IMG/VR virus record: IMGVR_UViG_3300025617_000030
Span: 1 to 54,353 of that record
Length of the DNA stretch: 54,353 nt
From: a virus
Taxonomy: Duplodnaviria > Caudoviricetes
Reading direction: 5' to 3' (one strand)
Of this stretch, positions 1 through 8,263 are shown in pieces; the first letter of the stretch is position 1, and each line of letters starts with the position of its first letter. The position numbers and the translations under genes were made by a program. The notes below the pieces were generated by a model that saw only the letters and a list, made by a program, of their open reading frames with translations, was not told where the DNA came from and ran no database searches.

Positions 1-2
1 TC

Positions 3-284
3 GTGTGGTCAGAGCGCTCTGGGTGTCTTCGCGAAGAGCTGATTCCTGAGTATGAGATTCAGCCTGGTCGTTCTTACGATAAGGTTGTCATGATGAAAGC
101 TGGCGGAACGCAGATGTCTGCTGCTGGTTTCATCGTTAAGAAAGATACGAAGAAGTTCCGTCAAGGTGACTTGTTAATGTCTGCTGGCTGGTCAGCTCCT
201 GCGACAAACTTTGCTCGCGGCAACTTAGATGATCTCGAAGCCGCGGCTGCGAACGGAGCTCTACGTTGGACGGGGATTCAATAA
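3..284 (+). CDS. Phage hypothetical protein, probably 5'-truncated at the window edge
   Basis: Open frame from the window start; its TAA overlaps the next ATG (TAATG). Confidence 0.6.
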   Translation: MWSERSGCLREELIPEYEIQPGRSYDKVVMMKAGGTQMSAAGFIVKKDTKKFRQGDLLMSAGWSAPATNFARGNLDDLEAAAANGALRWTGIQ

Positions 285-388
285 TGGAATACACACAGAA
301 TTTTTATGATGTTTTGGTTGTGCTCGGTGTATTGGGCACAATCATAGGATTTCTCGCTGGTAAGGGTGAGTTATTCAAGAATTGGTAA
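284..388 (+). CDS. Small membrane protein, 34 aa (MEYTQNFYDVLVVLGVLGTIIGFLAGKGELFKNW); not in the ORF track
   Basis: Hand-translated; TAATG coupling to the upstream gene; one hydrophobic helix; fills the gap before 398. Confidence 0.6.
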   Translation: MEYTQNFYDVLVVLGVLGTIIGFLAGKGELFKNW

Positions 389-397
389 GGAAATATA

Positions 398-985
398 ATG
401 GCTAAACGTGAAAAAACTATTTTAACTGACTGCGATGGCGTGCTCCTTGATTGGGAATACGCCTTTGAGCAGTGGATGAAAAAACATGGATACACACTGT
501 ACTATCCAGAAAGTTACAAAGTAACTGAAAAGTACGGTATCCCCAAGGAAGAAGCGAATAAGTTGACACGGATGTTCAACGAAAGTGCTTGGATTCGTCG
601 GTTGAGTCCTCTTCGTGACGCTGTCAAGTACGTTAAGAAACTGCATGAAGATCATGGTTACGTGTTTCATGCAATCACTAGTCTGAGTGACGACCAATAT
701 AGTCAGCATCTTCGGACAAAGAATCTTCGTGAGTTGTTCGGTAATACTGCATTCGAGGATTATATCTACCTTGATTGTGGTGCCGACAAAGACGAAGTTC
801 TTGCACCATACAGCGGCACAGATTGTATTTGGGTTGAAGACAAACCTGAGAATGCCGTTGTTGGTAAAGAGTTAGGTCTTGATGCGATCCTTATGGATCA
901 TAGTCATAACCGTTACTTTGATGAAAAACCTCTTGGAATTACTCGTGTGAGTAATTGGAAAGAGATCTATGAGATGATAGTATGA
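398..985 (+). CDS. HAD-superfamily hydrolase, 5'(3')-deoxyribonucleotidase-like
   Basis: HAD motif I (ILTDCDGVLLD), motif II (AITS), motif IV (WVEDKPEN); AAGGA upstream. Confidence 0.8.
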   Translation: MAKREKTILTDCDGVLLDWEYAFEQWMKKHGYTLYYPESYKVTEKYGIPKEEANKLTRMFNESAWIRRLSPLRDAVKYVKKLHEDHGYVFHAITSLSDDQYSQHLRTKNLRELFGNTAFEDYIYLDCGADKDEVLAPYSGTDCIWVEDKPENAVVGKELGLDAILMDHSHNRYFDEKPLGITRVSNWKEIYEMIV

Positions 986-1518
986 AAAAAGTGATAGCGG
1001 CTACGGCCATTCTTCTCCTTGCAGGTTGTTCTGCAAATCCCTTTAAGTCTGATACCACACAGATCAAAGCATCATCAGGTGCAAACTCTGTTCCTACATG
1101 GTATCTCGAAACACCAAAGGACAATGGTGTGATCATCTATGCCTCTGCAACAGGTATCTCTGATGACATGCAGTTCTCTATGGATAAGGCTATGCACGAA
1201 GCAAAGGTCACTCTTGGTGATAAGGTTGGTACGCTCGTATCATCCGAGACCAAGAAGTATATTGGTGACAATGCTGCAGGAGCTTTGAGTCGGACAACAC
1301 AAAAAACAGAACGAGTATCTAAGTCTGGTTTTAAGAATGTCAATGTCTCAAACTATATTGTTGAGAACAAAGCAATCTTTACCGAGAGTGGAAATTACCG
1401 CACATACGTACTCCTCAGCCTGAATATCGAGGGAGCTCCAGAACCAGAACCTGAGGTGACAAATGACTTCTCTCAAGAAGACGACGCTCGCGCTAACGCT
1501 GCTCTTGATCAGCTCTAA
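982..1518 (+). CDS. Lipoprotein, LPP20-like
   Basis: MKK plus hydrophobic stretch plus lipobox LLLAG-C; VPTWY motif; ATGA overlap with the upstream gene. Confidence 0.75.
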   Translation: MKKVIAATAILLLAGCSANPFKSDTTQIKASSGANSVPTWYLETPKDNGVIIYASATGISDDMQFSMDKAMHEAKVTLGDKVGTLVSSETKKYIGDNAAGALSRTTQKTERVSKSGFKNVNVSNYIVENKAIFTESGNYRTYVLLSLNIEGAPEPEPEVTNDFSQEDDARANAALDQL

Positions 1519-1771
1519 TGCTTCGGCATTAGACTTTCTTACTTGGAGTGTCGGCGATTGGATCGGAAAGGTTGATACATTTGTTGATTCATATGATGAA
1601 CCACGACACTACGGCGGAAGTGGCTGGTGGAAAAAAGGACAGCCAAAAGTAACTCATGAGTTCATTGATAAGTTTCTTGTGAGAACGACGGAACAGCAAA
1701 TATGTTCTGACCAAGGGTGTACAGCTGTTGTGAATCGTGTTATAATAAGAGAAAGATACGAACAAAGGTGA
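1463..1771 (+). CDS. Secreted hypothetical protein
   Basis: Signal-peptide-like N-terminus (KKTTLALTLLLISSNASA); GAGGTG upstream of the ATG. Confidence 0.55.
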   Translation: MTSLKKTTLALTLLLISSNASALDFLTWSVGDWIGKVDTFVDSYDEPRHYGGSGWWKKGQPKVTHEFIDKFLVRTTEQQICSDQGCTAVVNRVIIRERYEQR

Positions 1772-1775
1772 TTTT

Positions 1776-1874
1776 ATGAAGTATCAATTAATGGTAGACC
1801 CAACCCCAATGGGTGACCTGAAGTTCACTACAGCCGGTGACTACATTTATCCTGGAAGTGATCCACAAGAATGA
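1776..1874 (+). CDS. 32-aa peptide MKYQLMVDPTPMGDLKFTTAGDYIYPGSDPQE; not in the ORF track
   Basis: Hand-translated; AAGGTGA Shine-Dalgarno; ATGA overlap with 1871; shares a 13-aa motif with the end of 2835..3386. Confidence 0.7.
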   Translation: MKYQLMVDPTPMGDLKFTTAGDYIYPGSDPQE

Positions 1875-2269
1875 TTAGCTACTCCACCAACTGGATGGGA
1901 CCAATCTGTATGGATTGGTTCCGTGAAAATGGATTGACCGAAACAGTTACAAAAACTGTATACAGTGAGAGGCAACGAGACATTCTTCGGAATAGTCATC
2001 CTGATATAGAAGTTGGTGATACCTTTGAGCACGAGATAGTTGTAATCAGTTACAGTGGTGGTCGTATGGATATCCGCGATGACACCAAAGCAGGCTATGA
2101 TGGTTGGAATGAATACTCACTACCACTGATGCGAACCGAAGATTGGAATGATTTTAGTTATTGGTTGGATGGCTTTGAGACAGAAGAACTGTGGAGTTTG
2201 GAAGACATACTGGAAGAGTATCGTCAAGACACCGGGCATGTTATACGATGGTGGAAAGAAGATGAGTGA
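1871..2269 (+). CDS. Hypothetical protein (acidic, Trp-rich)
   Basis: 132-aa ORF overlapping both neighbours. Confidence 0.7.
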   Translation: MISYSTNWMGPICMDWFRENGLTETVTKTVYSERQRDILRNSHPDIEVGDTFEHEIVVISYSGGRMDIRDDTKAGYDGWNEYSLPLMRTEDWNDFSYWLDGFETEELWSLEDILEEYRQDTGHVIRWWKEDE

Positions 2270-2504
2270 AATACCAGGAACAATCAAGAACATGACGCAT
2301 GAACAACTCCAAGACTATGCTTGGTGGTTAGTCAAAAGAGTAGGTGAGTTAGAGCGTGAAAGGAAGTTCTCAAAAGTATCTCGTGTTGAAGTGATTGGAC
2401 TAGAAAAACGTGAGTATGTTCGATACTTCAAGGATGGCGAGTTTATGGATTGGGATTTACAAGACGATGACCGCACATTAAAAATTTTTATCGATAGGTG
2501 GTAA
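2262..2504 (+). CDS. Hypothetical protein (start revised to MSEIPG)
   Basis: ATG at 2262 overlaps the previous stop by 8 nt; the longer track start lies inside the upstream gene. Confidence 0.6.
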   Translation: MSEIPGTIKNMTHEQLQDYAWWLVKRVGELERERKFSKVSRVEVIGLEKREYVRYFKDGEFMDWDLQDDDRTLKIFIDRW

Positions 2505-2508
2505 AAGA

Positions 2509-2838
2509 ATGATTGATGAAAAAATGCAAGTGCCAGCAGAACAAGGTATTACTCCGGCCGCATGGGTAATTCTTGAAGTTAACCATGAAGGCGAACAGTT
2601 TCAAAAGGTTCTTGCCGGATGGAGTGGTGGTTACTTACACGGTGACAGTTGGAGACTCTCGAGCCCCATCAGCTCGATTGACATCACCATTGACGATGAT
2701 AAATTAGTGGTGTACACCGAGTCCGGTTCGTGTTATAATCTATACAAAGGTTCGAAAGGTTTGCGCATGAGCATTGGCGGAATCTACAACCAACTAAAGG
2801 AGAGTTACGGCGATAAAGTCGTTATAGTGGACTTATGA
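2509..2838 (+). CDS. Phage hypothetical protein
   Basis: 109-aa ORF with motifs KVLAGWSGGYLHGDSWRLSS and TESGSxY; operon packing. Confidence 0.7.
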   Translation: MIDEKMQVPAEQGITPAAWVILEVNHEGEQFQKVLAGWSGGYLHGDSWRLSSPISSIDITIDDDKLVVYTESGSCYNLYKGSKGLRMSIGGIYNQLKESYGDKVVIVDL

Positions 2839-3386
2839 AGATTGTGCATGAATCATTGTTTGTGACAGATAAGATCGCAGATTTCTATTCCGAAAAGGAT
2901 GGTGTGCCGGTCAAGTACGTTTGTACATCTGCGCTCGGCGGACAGGAGTTTGCGGTAGATGTTTTCTATCGCTCTACCCCGCATCCAGATTTCGGCAATC
3001 ATTACTTTGGCATCTACCGAAATCCACATTGGGCTGGATCAAACGTTATGATTACCAACGCAGATGTGATCGAGGAACTTAAGTTTGGTATGGTCGAAGA
3101 TGATGATGGTAACTTCCATTACTCTGCGCACAGGCATGATTATAAGATGCTTGAGAACGGTAACATGATAGACGGTGGACGAGCATATGTTCGTACTAAC
3201 ACAGACACAACAATGTTTAAGGTGAAAGACGGTGAGTTTCAAGAAGTACCTATTGAAGATGCTTCAGGTACGGACGAAGAAGTTTCCAAGATGGAAGAAC
3301 AGGGTAGCGTGGGATCTGAGCAAAGAGGGGTAATGGGAGATCTTAAATTTACCACTGCCGGAGACTATATCAATGGAAAAGATTGA
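2835..3386 (+). CDS. Phage hypothetical protein with C-terminal MGDLKFTTAGDYI motif
   Basis: ATGA overlap; motifs YSAHRHDY and MIDGGRAYVR; acidic linker before the repeated peptide. Confidence 0.7.
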   Translation: MKIVHESLFVTDKIADFYSEKDGVPVKYVCTSALGGQEFAVDVFYRSTPHPDFGNHYFGIYRNPHWAGSNVMITNADVIEELKFGMVEDDDGNFHYSAHRHDYKMLENGNMIDGGRAYVRTNTDTTMFKVKDGEFQEVPIEDASGTDEEVSKMEEQGSVGSEQRGVMGDLKFTTAGDYINGKD

Positions 3387-3564
3387 TAAATACATTCAAC
3401 CTCTGATCGATCGTATTAGTGATAGGCTATACGATCCTGAGCCAGCTTATGACGAGCCGCTCGAGCATATGGAAAGAGGCGAATTACAATATCTACATGA
3501 CTTACTTAGGAAATTGCAAGATGGCAACAAAGAACGATGTGACTGGAGACACCATTCGCAGTAA
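3373..3564 (+). CDS. Hypothetical protein
   Basis: GGAG upstream of ATG 3373; operon packing. Confidence 0.5.
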   Translation: MEKIDKYIQPLIDRISDRLYDPEPAYDEPLEHMERGELQYLHDLLRKLQDGNKERCDWRHHSQ

Positions 3565-3676
3565 AGTTTCTTCTAAGGAGTATCAAGATAACTGGGAAAG
3601 GATATTTGGCGATAAAGAATGGATTGATGACCAGCTATCTGATAATCCAACCGAATCGGTAGAAGAAGATGAGTGA
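3521..3676 (+). CDS. Small phage protein (start revised to MATKNDVTGD)
   Basis: AGGA upstream; motif NDVTGDxIxSK...YQDNWERIFG. Confidence 0.6.
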   Translation: MATKNDVTGDTIRSKVSSKEYQDNWERIFGDKEWIDDQLSDNPTESVEEDE

Positions 3677-3917
3677 TATGTTTGATTTTGGCTTTACCGC
3701 AGTTGATGAAACTGAATTAGAGGCGGTACAGCAAGCGCAAAAGGTTGCGGTAGAAGCAGAAGGTACGGCGGATCGGTTGAATAACCTTTATAATGCAATC
3801 CTTCCCCTTTTATCCAATCTTAAAAAGAATCCTGAAAAGGATTATATCTATTGGCCTAATCGTATCGAAAAGGTCGAACAATTCGAAGACATGATATATA
3901 AAATCGTAAAGGACTAA
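3669..3917 (+). CDS. Phage hypothetical protein
   Basis: Motifs FDFGFTAVDE and LKKNPEKDYIYWPNR; overlaps the upstream stop. Confidence 0.7.
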   Translation: MSDMFDFGFTAVDETELEAVQQAQKVAVEAEGTADRLNNLYNAILPLLSNLKKNPEKDYIYWPNRIEKVEQFEDMIYKIVKD

Positions 3918-3919
3918 TT

Positions 3920-4384
3920 ATGCAATTATCAAAAAACTTCACAATGGCTGAGTTCACAAAGTCACAGACTGCAGAACGTAAGGGCATTGACAATACACCA
4001 GAAGGAGAGCACTTCGATGCTGCAGTCGCTCTTTTCGAAAATGTTGTACAACCTGTACGAGATCACTTTGGTCCTACTGTGCTTAATAGTGGTTATCGTT
4101 CCCCTGAGCTTAATGCTGCTGTCGGTGGATCTGCTACATCTCAGCATTGCAAAGGTGAAGCTGCTGATATCGAAGTACCGGGAGTTCCAAACGCGGATCT
4201 CGCAGAGTGGATCCGGGATAATCTCGATTTCGATCAACTCATTCTTGAGTTCTATACTCCAGGTATCCCTGATTCTGGTTGGGTTCATGTTAGCTATAAA
4301 GCTGATGGAGATAATCGTAAATCTATTCTAACTGCTTCTCGTATCGACGGTAAGACTGTTTACTCGGAAGGCATCAACTCATGA
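3920..4384 (+). CDS. Peptidase M15 (Zn-dependent peptidoglycan peptidase), probable endolysin
   Basis: LSKNFT N-terminus, SGYRSPELNAAVGG, SQH...AAD zinc ligands, WVHVSY third ligand. Confidence 0.85.
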   Translation: MQLSKNFTMAEFTKSQTAERKGIDNTPEGEHFDAAVALFENVVQPVRDHFGPTVLNSGYRSPELNAAVGGSATSQHCKGEAADIEVPGVPNADLAEWIRDNLDFDQLILEFYTPGIPDSGWVHVSYKADGDNRKSILTASRIDGKTVYSEGINS

Positions 4385-4698
4385 AGATAATCGCACTCAC
4401 AGCGTTATTGATCTTCAGTACGTCTGTGAGTGCGATCGAACCGTTTGAAATAAACATGCCTATGGTGTGCGGTGATACAAAGAATCTCGTTGATGGACTC
4501 AACGATAAGTACGGTGAAGAGATCGTATTCATGGCACCGAGTAAAAACTCGAATGGCGATAATATGTTTCACTCCCTATGGATTAACTACGATACAAAAA
4601 CATGGACGTTTATCGTAGTGAATCGAGAGAAAGGAATCACGTGTGTTATGGGTTCAGGCGATGGATTAAAAATGTTTTTCCCAGGTGTCTCTACCTAA
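4381..4698 (+). CDS. Secreted hypothetical protein
   Basis: Signal peptide MKIIALTALLIFSTSVSA; two Cys. Confidence 0.65.
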   Translation: MKIIALTALLIFSTSVSAIEPFEINMPMVCGDTKNLVDGLNDKYGEEIVFMAPSKNSNGDNMFHSLWINYDTKTWTFIVVNREKGITCVMGSGDGLKMFFPGVST

Positions 4699-4861
4699 CC
4701 CATCGGACACACGATAGCTTTACGTTATCGTGTCCCTTGAAGTCTGACTCGTACATAGCATCTAACATAGCTATGCACTCATCCATACCATTATATAACC
4801 CCTGATCATAGACGACCATGTTTCCACTAGTCGTCATGATCATTAGTATGAGAACCCACAC
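4691..4861 (-). CDS. 56-aa protein with hydrophobic N-terminus and two Cys (MWVLILMIMTTSG...KLSCVRWVR); not in the ORF track
   Basis: Hand-translated from GTG at 4861, 1 nt after the upstream stop; TAG at 4691-4693. Confidence 0.55.
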   Translation of the reverse strand: MWVLILMIMTTSGNMVVYDQGLYNGMDECIAMLDAMYESDFKGHDNVKLSCVRWVR

Positions 4862-4862
4862 G

Positions 4863-5405
4863 TTAGTTAGCTAATGGGTTATCTAATGCTCGTTGCAACT
4901 TCTTATTCAAACGATCTTCAACTGCTTTGAGCTCACGTTCTGTGTTTGTTTGCAAACGGTCTTTCGCTTGGTCATAATCATTCTGTAGTGAATCACGCTT
5001 GTTCTCAAAACGCTCTTCTGCGTTATTGATCATCTCGCGTACGTCGGATTCAGCCTCTTTAATATCGTCCTCAACTTCATCTACGATCTTTTCGATACGT
5101 ACGATATCATCACGTAGATCGTTTTTGATATCAGACACACGGTCAGCAGTCGCATTCATGTTATCATCCATGAGCTTTACTTCATCTTTGACTGCATCCA
5201 TCTTTTCGTTTAGGACCGAAAGCTTCTCATGTAATCCGGAAAGGTCTGGTGCCTCATACTCAGTGATACGCTCACGCATATCCATGTAGTCTTTATAGAC
5301 CTCAAACCCTCCCCACAGAGCACCACCAGCGGTTGACAGTGCAGTGAGCAGGATCATCATCTTTCCACCGCGGAATGTCATTCCGCCAACTTCAAACTCT
5401 GCCAT
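4863..5405 (-). CDS. Membrane-anchored coiled-coil protein
   Basis: N-terminal hydrophobic segment, then a long charged heptad region; AGGAG Shine-Dalgarno. Confidence 0.7.
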   Translation of the reverse strand: MAEFEVGGMTFRGGKMMILLTALSTAGGALWGGFEVYKDYMDMRERITEYEAPDLSGLHEKLSVLNEKMDAVKDEVKLMDDNMNATADRVSDIKNDLRDDIVRIEKIVDEVEDDIKEAESDVREMINNAEERFENKRDSLQNDYDQAKDRLQTNTERELKAVEDRLNKKLQRALDNPLAN

Positions 5406-5414
5406 TACTTACTC

Positions 5415-5744
5415 CTATTTCTTTTTGTTTGCTATCGCATCGGCACCAAAGAATGCTGATACTAAAACAGCGATCGATGCAAAATACGTTGGTGCAATAT
5501 CCGCAATTAAGTTAGCTGCCTTATCTAACCCAAATGCAGATGTTAAAAATATACCGATCGGATATAACAATAGACCAAATAGGGAGAACCATGCCATCTT
5601 ACGAATAGCATCACGTTGAGCATCTTTGTCCTCAAGCTCTTTGCGCTTGAACTCAATATACATTTCCCTTTCTTCAGGTGTTACAACACCATCACCATTT
5701 GTATCAGCTGGATGAAATCCAGACTGTTTAATTTCTTCTTCCAT
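5415..5744 (-). CDS. Two-TM membrane protein with N-terminal EF-hand-like loop (holin-like topology)
   Basis: DTNGDGVVTPEE loop, two hydrophobic helices, basic C-terminal KKK. Confidence 0.6.
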   Translation of the reverse strand: MEEEIKQSGFHPADTNGDGVVTPEEREMYIEFKRKELEDKDAQRDAIRKMAWFSLFGLLLYPIGIFLTSAFGLDKAANLIADIAPTYFASIAVLVSAFFGADAIANKKK

Positions 5745-7756
5745 TATTGATTCCTATTATATTGCATGTCAATCATTTGTTCATGCAGTAATTGTTGAGC
5801 CAAGCCGTTACGTAAACCACTTCGTGATTCAGGTAGCTGCTCGTCCTGGTACATTTGGGCATCAGGAAGATACCCACCATTCATGGCCCGACTGTATGAA
5901 TCAAAGTCAGGTACATAGTTTATCAATGCTAAAACCGTTGCTTGGACCGCTTGTTGTGCTTCTAGCGAAGCAGCATTCGACATATCATTTGCTAAGTTTG
6001 CTGCTTTCTTTGCGACCGCCTTTTTCATCTTATCTCGCTTCGATTCTTTTCGTTCGCTATCCGACTCTCCGGATTCAGAATCCCCACTGCTATCATCTTC
6101 GGAACTATCTTCGCTTGATTCTTCTCGTCCGTCCTCATTAGTGTCCCGTCCTGAATCCATTGGCTCTGCCACATCACCACCGGGCTCCGGTAAATCTTCC
6201 TCATTTACTTCTTCCACTTCTTCCTGTTGATCAGGTTCTGGTTCCATGTTAGTAACAGGTTCTGTAACCACAGCGGCGAGCGTGGGGCTATCAGACAAAT
6301 CAGATAAGATACTATCAACGGTTGAGTCTCCTGTTGCTGATGGCATTCCGATTTCTTCTGGATCAGTGACCGGCACTGTCTCCGTCTGTGCTGTAGAAAC
6401 CTGCGTCTCCGTACTTGTTGTCTCTTCATTGAAGATATTCTCCTTTGCGTAGGCTTCATTATAACCTTCACAAGATCTATCATATAAAGCGTCAAGTGAG
6501 CATTGATATTCTAAATACGCTGCCTCGTAACCGGGGCATCCGGTATCAAATAGGGAATCTGCTGAACATTCATAGGCGTACAAAGCGTCTGCGTATCCGG
6601 GACATGTTGCATCAAATAGAGGATCAAGGCTACATTGATAGTCAAAGTAAGCACTAGCGTAACCAGGACAACTTGCATTGTATAGGGGATCTGCAGAACA
6701 TTGTTGGTCGAAGTAGGCTTGAGCATAACCTGGGCACCCCGAATCGTAAAGTGGATTTGCTTGACAGTTTAGATCGTATTGTTGTTGTGCATATGCTTCT
6801 GCGTATCCATTGCACGATGGGTCATATAGAGGATCGGCTGCACAAGGATCAGATCGATAGATTAAACTTAATGCAACATCTTTGACTTCAGGTCCATAGT
6901 AACCGGACCAATATCCACCATCTCTTCCAATGATTTGCAATTGAATGTTCTGAGGATCTTGATATGATTGTTGAAAAATTTCAGTTCCTGATTCTGTATG
7001 CCAATCTTGAGACCCTGCAATTGTTTGACCTACAGCACCACTATAATCATAAACATATTGTTCAACCTCATTTCCATTCGCATCTTTGACAGTTACGATG
7101 AACTGTAATTCATCAGTATGAACTTGATAGTAGTTGTTAGAACCGTGCTTGCCAATTAAACGATAAGTCCATTCATACTGGTATCCATCCACAGAAATAC
7201 CAGATAATGCCAATGCTTGGTTAATGGCAATTGTTTGAGCAAGAACATCACGCCCATAAGAGAACATGATTGTTTGTGTTGTATTATCAATCATTGCTCC
7301 ACTACCAGAGATACTAGAACAGCACCCACCTGGATCGTTGCCATATACAGCACCACTCCAATCTTGCCAATCAACAAGATTATCACTGAGAATTAATGCG
7401 CTTACATTACCGGCAGTATCATAGGAACCGTTATTAAGAATTCTATAATCTGTGATACCGTTCGGTCCCCAATTCGGCATTCTCTGTTGAGCATTCAAGC
7501 AGATCTCAATAGGACCTGCCAAAACTTGATTGATATCATCTCTGAAACACGCACCATATGGATTAGAAGTAATACCATCAATACTTCCACCCATACTCAG
7601 ATATTGATCACGCCATGGATTTAGATTTGTAGTTCCCCAAGAACCATCTAAATCAACACCATCCATTGATCCTGCGTATGTTTTAGAATGCGCCAGTAAG
7701 AGCAAAAATGAGAGCAGAAGTAGCAATACCCCAACCCCAGCCTTCGAACTTATCAT
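5744..7756 (-). CDS. Large secreted protein with six Cys-rich repeats and an acidic low-complexity linker
   Basis: Signal peptide; repeats CxxDPLYDxxCPGY; long E/S/D/T-rich region. Confidence 0.75.
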   Translation of the reverse strand: MISSKAGVGVLLLLLSFLLLLAHSKTYAGSMDGVDLDGSWGTTNLNPWRDQYLSMGGSIDGITSNPYGACFRDDINQVLAGPIEICLNAQQRMPNWGPNGITDYRILNNGSYDTAGNVSALILSDNLVDWQDWSGAVYGNDPGGCCSSISGSGAMIDNTTQTIMFSYGRDVLAQTIAINQALALSGISVDGYQYEWTYRLIGKHGSNNYYQVHTDELQFIVTVKDANGNEVEQYVYDYSGAVGQTIAGSQDWHTESGTEIFQQSYQDPQNIQLQIIGRDGGYWSGYYGPEVKDVALSLIYRSDPCAADPLYDPSCNGYAEAYAQQQYDLNCQANPLYDSGCPGYAQAYFDQQCSADPLYNASCPGYASAYFDYQCSLDPLFDATCPGYADALYAYECSADSLFDTGCPGYEAAYLEYQCSLDALYDRSCEGYNEAYAKENIFNEETTSTETQVSTAQTETVPVTDPEEIGMPSATGDSTVDSILSDLSDSPTLAAVVTEPVTNMEPEPDQQEEVEEVNEEDLPEPGGDVAEPMDSGRDTNEDGREESSEDSSEDDSSGDSESGESDSERKESKRDKMKKAVAKKAANLANDMSNAASLEAQQAVQATVLALINYVPDFDSYSRAMNGGYLPDAQMYQDEQLPESRSGLRNGLAQQLLHEQMIDMQYNRNQ
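6448..6850 (-). repeat. Six tandem ~22-aa repeats, C-x2-(D/N)-(P/S/A)-L-(Y/F)-(D/N)-x2-C-x-G-Y
   Basis: CAADPLYDPSCNGY, CQANPLYDSGCPGY, CSADPLYNASCPGY, CSLDPLFDATCPGY, CSADSLFDTGCPGY, CSLDALYDRSCEGY. Confidence 0.9.
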
Positions 7757-8237
7757 TACGTCTCTCGTTTGCTGCTTGTTCAGTAGGTTTCAACTCGGGA
7801 TTTGCATCCCAAAGTTCTTTGGCTTCGGTACCAATCTTCCCTTCATAGGGACATGGTGTACCTGCCATTTCCATTGCAGAGAATACTCGTGGGTCACCAC
7901 ACATGACGGATACTGCAGCTACTTTCATACCCATGTCATATAGGGTTTTAGATAGCTTGAGTCGTTCACAGTTCATATCGCGTACAGTTTGGCCACCCGA
8001 GATACCAAGTATCTGAGTTTGTACTGCACCGGAAACACCAACCGTACATAGGTCAGTATTAGATGAATTAATAGAAGGTGAAATTGCCGATGATGGCGGC
8101 GACTTCACAGTTGTTTCAGTTTTACCTGTTGTTGTAACTGTGCTATTTGAAGTCGAGTCAGTGACAATTGGATCAGCTCCAATTGCTAATGATGTATACA
8201 TAATAAAGCTAGCACAGATAGCTAGCTTTTTTAACAT
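7683..8237 (-). CDS. Secreted, C-terminally anchored Cys-containing protein
   Basis: Signal peptide, S/T-rich stalk, CERLKLSKTL and GTPCP motifs, C-terminal hydrophobic tail; GGAGAGAGGA upstream. Confidence 0.75.
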   Translation of the reverse strand: MLKKLAICASFIMYTSLAIGADPIVTDSTSNSTVTTTGKTETTVKSPPSSAISPSINSSNTDLCTVGVSGAVQTQILGISGGQTVRDMNCERLKLSKTLYDMGMKVAAVSVMCGDPRVFSAMEMAGTPCPYEGKIGTEAKELWDANPELKPTEQAANERRNDKFEGWGWGIATSALIFALTGAF

Positions 8238-8263
8238 TGTCCTCTCTCCAGAGTTTTATTGTC

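Noticed and set aside
982-1518. Lipoprotein as an o-spanin
   Set aside because: No adjacent i-spanin-like gene, and the sequence looks LPP20-like; a lysis role is not supportable.
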